Part shown: positions 58,783 to 64,000 of the stretch, piece by piece
Position numbering within the stretch: the stretch's first letter is position 1
Layout of the letters: every line of letters starts with the position of its first letter
Origin: Phyllobates terribilis
Lineage: Eukaryota
Reading direction: 5' to 3'
Assembly: GCF_046119375.1 (NCBI RefSeq)
Contig: NW_027362763.1
Coordinates: 807,984,001 to 808,048,000, forward strand
DNA: 64,000 nucleotides
Notes under the pieces: generated by a model
The model's input: the letters and a program-made list of their open reading frames with translations, nothing else
Told to the model about the DNA's origin: nothing
Database searches by the model: none
Translations under genes and position numbers: made by a program

Positions 58783-59921
58783 TGTTACGCTCGCGCCCGG
58801 ACTGACTGGCATGAGCTTGATTAGTGATCCCACTGGACCATGAACTGAGGAGTGCCTGGAGGGGCGTAACTAAGTATCAACTCGGTCCGACCAAGGTCAC
58901 ACGGTGGCTCAGTCGACACCGTGAACCAGGGAGGAACCGAGCAGAGGGACATGGAGCTACTCCAGGTCAGACCACGGTCACAGCTGTTGACTCCCACTGG
59001 GGAATGCAGGAACAGGCAGGTTAGGCTGGCGTACAGACAGGTGGGCACTGGCAGGCACGGCTGGTATGAAGACAGGTGGGCATTGGTAGTCACGGCTGGA
59101 ATGCGGACAGGTGGGCACTGGCAGGCACAGCTGGCATGTAGACAGGCGGGTACTGGCAGGTAGGAACGCAGGCAAGATAGGGACCAGTACAGACTGGGAC
59201 ACAGGAACGGAGCCGCAGGTGTGGTGGACAACAGAGCAGAGCAGAACCGCAGGTGCGGAGAACAAGCAGAGCAGAGCGGAACCGCAGGTGCGGTGAACAA
59301 ACAGCCGAGCGGAACTGCAGGTGCGGTGAACAAGCAGAGCAGAGCGGAACCTCAGGTGCGGTGAACAAGCAGAGCAGATCGGAACCGCATGTGCGGTGAA
59401 CAAGCAGAGCAGAGCGGAACCGCAGGTGCGGTGAACAAGCAGGGCAGAGCGGAACCGCAGGTGCGGTGAACAAGCGGAACAGAACAGAGTAGAAGGTGAA
59501 GGCAGACAGAACAGGGCTCTGTTCACATGGAACAGACTGGAAAATACAGGAAGATAGTTAGAACTCAGGAGGTAGATATGAAGGCAGGGAAACGGTACGA
59601 GCAGAACAAGATACACACAAAGGTACTTACAATGAAGTAGCGAGTGGACTCAAAACTCACAAACAGAAGTACAGAGACAACGAGTTGGAGTTAGGTGCAG
59701 GTTCAGACACTGCAGGAAAAGGGAAGGTTCAGACATAGAGACAAGCAGGTAACGGGCTAGGACACTGTTCAGACAGGAACTGGACCAGGAACAAGATACA
59801 GGAACGAGCCTGGGAACTCAGCCCCCAGGGTGGCGGAAACAAACTAGAAGTCAGAGATACAGGTAACGGCCCTGGGTACTCAGCCCCCAGGGTGGCGGAA
59901 ACAGACTAGATTCAGGACAGG

Positions 59922-60485
59922 TAAACAATGGTGCAGCGGTCTCAGAGAGCGCCAAAGGAATACTGGACAATTTAATAGATGGCAACCGACTTTTATTCTT
60001 CCTCCAATACCACCTGATGAAGACGGCTTAGACCGTTAAAAAGCGTTGTGGCAGTGGTATTGGAGGAAGAATAAAAGTCGGTTGCCATCTATTAAATTGT
60101 CCAGTATTCCTTTGGCGCTCCCTGAGACCGCTGCACCATTGTTTACTTGTGAAATATCTCCATACGGAGCCAAAGCGGCAGCCTGGTCTATTTGGATGTG
60201 TGAGGACCTGCGGTTATCCAGCCACCGGGTTAAACTACTGAGGACCTGCGGTGACGTGGTATCTGGTCCGGCAGGTTCGTGTGACCACTTGAGGAGCACG
60301 GAGTTGCGAGGCAAACACCGACAGGACGGTACTACAAATAGAGGTGACCCAGAGCCTCATTAATCACACGCTTAATCTTGGTTGTGTAGACGTACACAAC
60401 CATCACAGGTGAGTGTACTGGCACTTTTTAAATTATTTAAATAGCCCTGTGAGTCTACACATGCGCCCTTTCTTTTCTTTTCGCA
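59922..60485 (+). mobile_element. PLE3: 564-bp non-coding Penelope pseudo-LTR fragment with an inverted 5' head
   Basis: 15-bp TSD TAGATTCAGGACAGG (59907-21, 60486-500); HHR core; AATAAA at 60068; intron-like GTGAGT...pyrimidine tract at the 3' end. Confidence 0.82.
60010..60052 (+). ncRNA. Degenerate minimal hammerhead ribozyme in PLE3
   Basis: CCAC-CTGATGA-A-GACGG-CTTAGA-CCGTT-AAAA-AGCG-TT-GTGG; GAAA is mutated to AAAA. Confidence 0.6.
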
Positions 60486-60974
60486 TAGATTCAGGACAGG
60501 ACCTGGCAACTCACAGTTGCACAGAACACACTGTAAGAAAGTGTTGCTCAGGCACCTCCTACTGGGTGGAGGGGGTTTAAATATCCAGTGACTCACAGCA
60601 GTAGGCTGGGGACGCATTAGGACTGCGCACACTATAGCTTTAAGAATCAGAATGTAACAGCGCCGCCGACCTAATCCAGCAGACAAGAGACATACAAACA
60701 GCAGGTACTGGAGCAATGTGTGCAGCCTGGCCTGATAGGTAAGATTGCGGTCTTGCATGGTGGGAGGTGGTAAGCCATGCAAGCACGCCACCAGGGATGT
60801 TACAGTACCCCCCCCTTACGCCCTCTTCTTCAATCCTGCAAGGATTTCTTGCAGAGAATTTGGAGGCCGATCCTTCTCTTCAAGAAGATTACCTCTTCTG
60901 TCCACTAGAGGGATCGAAACTGGTCTCACCATCTTGGTGACTAGGATGCTTCCTCCCATCGAGCCATCCTCAGC

Positions 60975-61460
60975 AACAGATGAAGTGGATGAAGTACCAG
61001 GAACAGGACACAGGAAAGTCTCTCTCCATTTGTTAATATCGGGTAGTAACCCAAAGGATTCACGGGATAACTGGAGGTACTCCACTAGGTTGGAGGGGTG
61101 CAGAGACTCGGGGTTAACCACCGCATTGACGTACACTTTGCCAAGCTTACTGGATTTAGTGGGCGAAGTACCAGGTACAGGGTGCAGAAAAGTCTCTCTC
61201 CATTTGTTATTAGGTAGCACCCCGGAGGATTCAGGAGACAACTGGAAGTCCTCCGCCTGGTTGGAGGGGTGCAGAGACTCGGGGGTAACCACCGCCTTGA
61301 CATACACTTTGCCAAGCTTACTGGATGAAGTGGGCGATGTACCAGGTACCGGGTGTAGGAAAGTCTCTCTCCATTTGTTATCAGGTAGCACCCCGGAGGA
61401 TTCAGGAGACAACTGGAGGTCCTCTGCCTGGTTGGAGGGGTGCAGAGACTTGGAGGTAGT
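60975..61460 (-). repeat. 171-bp (57-codon) tandem repeat, ~2.7 copies, frame open
   Basis: SLHPSNQAEDLQLSPESSGVLPDNKWRETFLHPVPGTS.. recurs three times. Confidence 0.9.
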
Positions 61461-62845
61461 CACCGCCCTGATGGACGTATTGCCAGATTTATTAGAGATG
61501 GAGGATCCTTGTTAGGGACCATCTTCAGTCTGGTTTCTGAGATGACACGTCTGTGAGGCGGGGCGGTGCCTAAAGCCAGATCATTGGTACAATCGTCGAG
61601 ACTGTGTGGGGACATTGCCTCCGCTTCCCCTCCTTCGGAGACTTCAGAGCACAGCGAGTCAGCGACTAGCAGATCTGGTGAAGAAGAAGAAGAAACTGCT
61701 GACTGTACTGAAGATATGGGGACTGGACACCCCTTGCACCTCAGCAGTCCCCCAGGATACACCATGCAGGATCTCCAGACCTGAGCGGGCACTAGATCTC
61801 TCGGCTCTGGACGACCTGTGGGTAAACCAGACAGCACCTGGAGTGTGAATTTCTTCATGTGTGATGCTCCAATCTGGAGCTTAATTTGTACAGACATATT
61901 TTGACTGTTTCTGAGTAGGGCTCGCCCTTCCGCTGACAATGCCCAAACCGGCTTCTGGAGTTGTCGGACGGGAATCAGACACAGATTCTTCAAGGCTTTA
62001 AGCCCGAAACTTACGGTTAATCCGAGGCCTTCACTTGCCACGGAGACAGTCATGGTCATCTGTGGAGAGGAAACACTAACGCCAAGGGCAGCCTCTCCTA
62101 CAGGCCTAATGTCTTGGGATTCTCCAACCTTCGCTGGACAAAGACTGTCAGGGGGTCCCAAACAACCGCAGCGGGACCGCAATCCGATTTTGTGACTGAG
62201 TTCTGGCCTCTGCCTTGCCTGACGAACATAGTCATCCTTCATGGATTCTGTGCGGATAGCTGCCTCTACAGGCTGGGGAACAGGAGGTCTTTGGGAGGAC
62301 AGAACCTGGCGTGACGGTTTACCTCTATGCCTTGAACGTCTGGACTGCCTCTTGAGGTGGGGAAGAGAAGTATTCTGTGGAGCATTGTCATCCTGTGTGG
62401 ATTCTGTGTGGTCAGCAGTCTCTTCAGGCTGGAGAACTGGTAGGCTATCAACACACATTACCCATCGGGGCTTCTCCAAGATATTGGGAAGGGAAGCTTT
62501 AGCAGAAGCTTCAGGATTAGGGTCATCGAAGACCATTAGAAAGACCACCAGGAAGGCCTGCAGGTCCAAGACGATAGGATCCTATGCTTCCCATAGGGGG
62601 GGTGATCCATTTCAAGGCATCACCCGCAAGGTAGGACATCAGAAATGCTACTTTAACCCGATCAGTGGGAAAATAGTGAGCATAAAATTTGAAATGTAGC
62701 ATGCATTGCTCCACAAACGCATGGCTTTGTTTAGGGTCCCCATAATACCGTGGTGGATCCGCAGGAACGAGTGCTGATAGCTCCATTGGGGCTGGTGCGT
62801 AAATCGCCTGGACCTCAACATGAGAAAAAATTTTTCCTTGGTGCA

Positions 62846-64000
62846 TGTGACTCGCCCCCTGGGCCGTGGGGCACGCGGAACCGGGCAGTAGGGAGACGCT
62901 GGGAGTAGTAGTGGCGGCCCGGTCCCGCGGCTCAGGGTGGTCAGACCAATGGTAGTCTGCTACGTGCTTTAGATAATGTCCGACTACGCCACCCGTGGAT
63001 TTGCGGTCATTAGGAACCGCCGCTGCAGGGCAAACCGCTGGGTCTGATGGTGGGTGCAGCTGAGGTGGCGTGACTCCCCACGGGAAGAGTGCAGCCCCAG
63101 GGCAGTGCAGTGGATGGTGGGAGTGATGGTGGTGAGAGTCCCAGTACCGGTAGTGCTGGAGGCACGAAGGAGCACACAGACAACAAGTTACAGTCCAGGG
63201 TCTTTACTCACAGTTCATGTGCTCCGGGCCACTTCGGCCCCAGTAGTGACTGCCCGAGCCGTGGTGCGTCCACCAGGTGTGGGGCTCGGTCAACTCCCAG
63301 GCAGTTCAGAAGCATGGCTCAGGACCCCCTTTTGTCCTTTCTCTGGCCTGCCTCACCAGTGACCCACTTTTGTCCAGCTGCCACGGACCTGTGCTGTTAA
63401 ACGTGGGCCCCGTCCTCCGCTGTCCTATATGGTGCCTTCCTAGCAGGTTTGATGAGGTGTCGCACCAATAAATGATCACGACGACCGGTCTTTGGCTGAG
63501 GGTAGTCTCTCCTCCACCTACTTGGGATCCGGTACCCTTAATCTGCCTGACCCTTCACCCTGTATTCCTGTGGGTTCTTAGGGTCCCTTCCACCTTCTTG
63601 TTCCTGAGCCCTTCTGTTACTCTGTCTCTTCTTCTCCTTTTCTGTTCCTTCCTGTTCCTTTCTGTTCCTTTTTCTTGGAGCTGGGATGAGACGCAATCTC
63701 AGCTCTCCTTCACCTCCTCCTCTGCCTCTCACTAGGCCCTCCTGGAGTAGAGCTCCTACAGAGCCTCTACTCCCTGTCTTCTCCTCTCTGAACAGAACCT
63801 AGATCTAAGATGGTGCCCACCTTTTATACCTCCCTCTGACCATGAGCCCAGGTGACCAGCAACCAATGGGCTCCTACCTACGCTCAGGAACCAACCCCTA
63901 TCTGCCCCTACAGCACTGGGTGTTCCACCCCCCTCCCCACTCCAGACAGGGACATAGTCGGTCGTGCCTGCACTTCTGTCTAGTGGGAGCACCGTTGAGC
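62846..64000 (-). mobile_element. LTR inserted into the gag remnant; runs off the window end
   Basis: Abrupt TGTGACTCGCCCCCTGGG start; on the minus strand TATAAAA at ~63825 and AGTAAA at ~63205; CCAAT on the plus strand at ~63865. Other end not visible. Confidence 0.62.

Larger units (their letters stand above)
58783..60804 (-). repeat. 3' LTR containing a 35-bp tandem repeat (59205-59480) and a PLE insertion
   Basis: TG..CA ends; unit GGAACCGCAGGTGCGGTGAACAAGCAGAGCAGAGC x ~8. Confidence 0.82.
58783..62845 (-). mobile_element. Pol-less Gypsy derivative: gag remnant, linker, repeated integrase-tail remnant, PPT, 3' LTR
   Basis: gag PPRYYGDPKQSHAFVEQC...KVAFLMSYLAGDALKW (62523-62845); PPT GAAGAGGGCGTAAGGGGGGGGTAC resembling that of the chromovirus; LTR 58783-60804; no RT/RH/IN core in the ~2-kb internal part. 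Confidence 0.78.

Noticed and set aside
59205-59480. CRISPR-like 35-bp repeats
   Set aside because: Head-to-tail tandem units without unique spacers, no cas genes, eukaryotic LTR context.
60372-60791. 139-aa Cys-containing ORF
   Set aside because: It spans the PLE3/LTR junction, so it is a chimeric chance frame.

Overview
This is eukaryotic, almost entirely transposon-derived DNA. The repeat repertoire suggests an anuran amphibian (inference). I found no host gene, rRNA, tRNA gene or CRISPR array. Most of the window resolves into nested insertions whose target-site duplications (TSDs) and reconstituted host reading frames can be read directly. (1) 1.4-11.9 kb: a Neptune-type Penelope-like element (PLE1) is split by a DD35E Tc1 transposon, which is split by a second, intact, two-ORF Penelope (PLE2) with direct and inverted pseudo-LTRs and three hammerhead ribozyme (HHR) copies. 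(2) 11.9-22.5 kb: a decayed hAT/BED transposon, Tc2-like and Harbinger MITEs, and minisatellites. (3) 22.5-38.8 kb: a Gmr1-like Gypsy contains a chromovirus, which contains a piggyBac-like element (itself holding a hAT MITE) and a full-length CR1 with two intact ORFs. (4) 39.1-49 kb: a second Gmr1-like Gypsy contains a solo LTR, which contains a 4.6-kb two-LTR element with a tRNA-Ser primer-binding site (PBS). That element has no recognisable gag/pol; its single long ORF carries a Y-box-like cold-shock domain. This is the most novel-looking item. (5) 49-64 kb: Tc1, hAT and Harbinger remnants, a satellite, and a pol-less Gypsy derivative whose LTR holds a 564-bp Penelope fragment with an HHR core sitting in the loop of a 93-bp palindrome. 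Coordinates were counted by hand. TSD-defined ends should be within a few bases; ends of decayed fragments are approximate.
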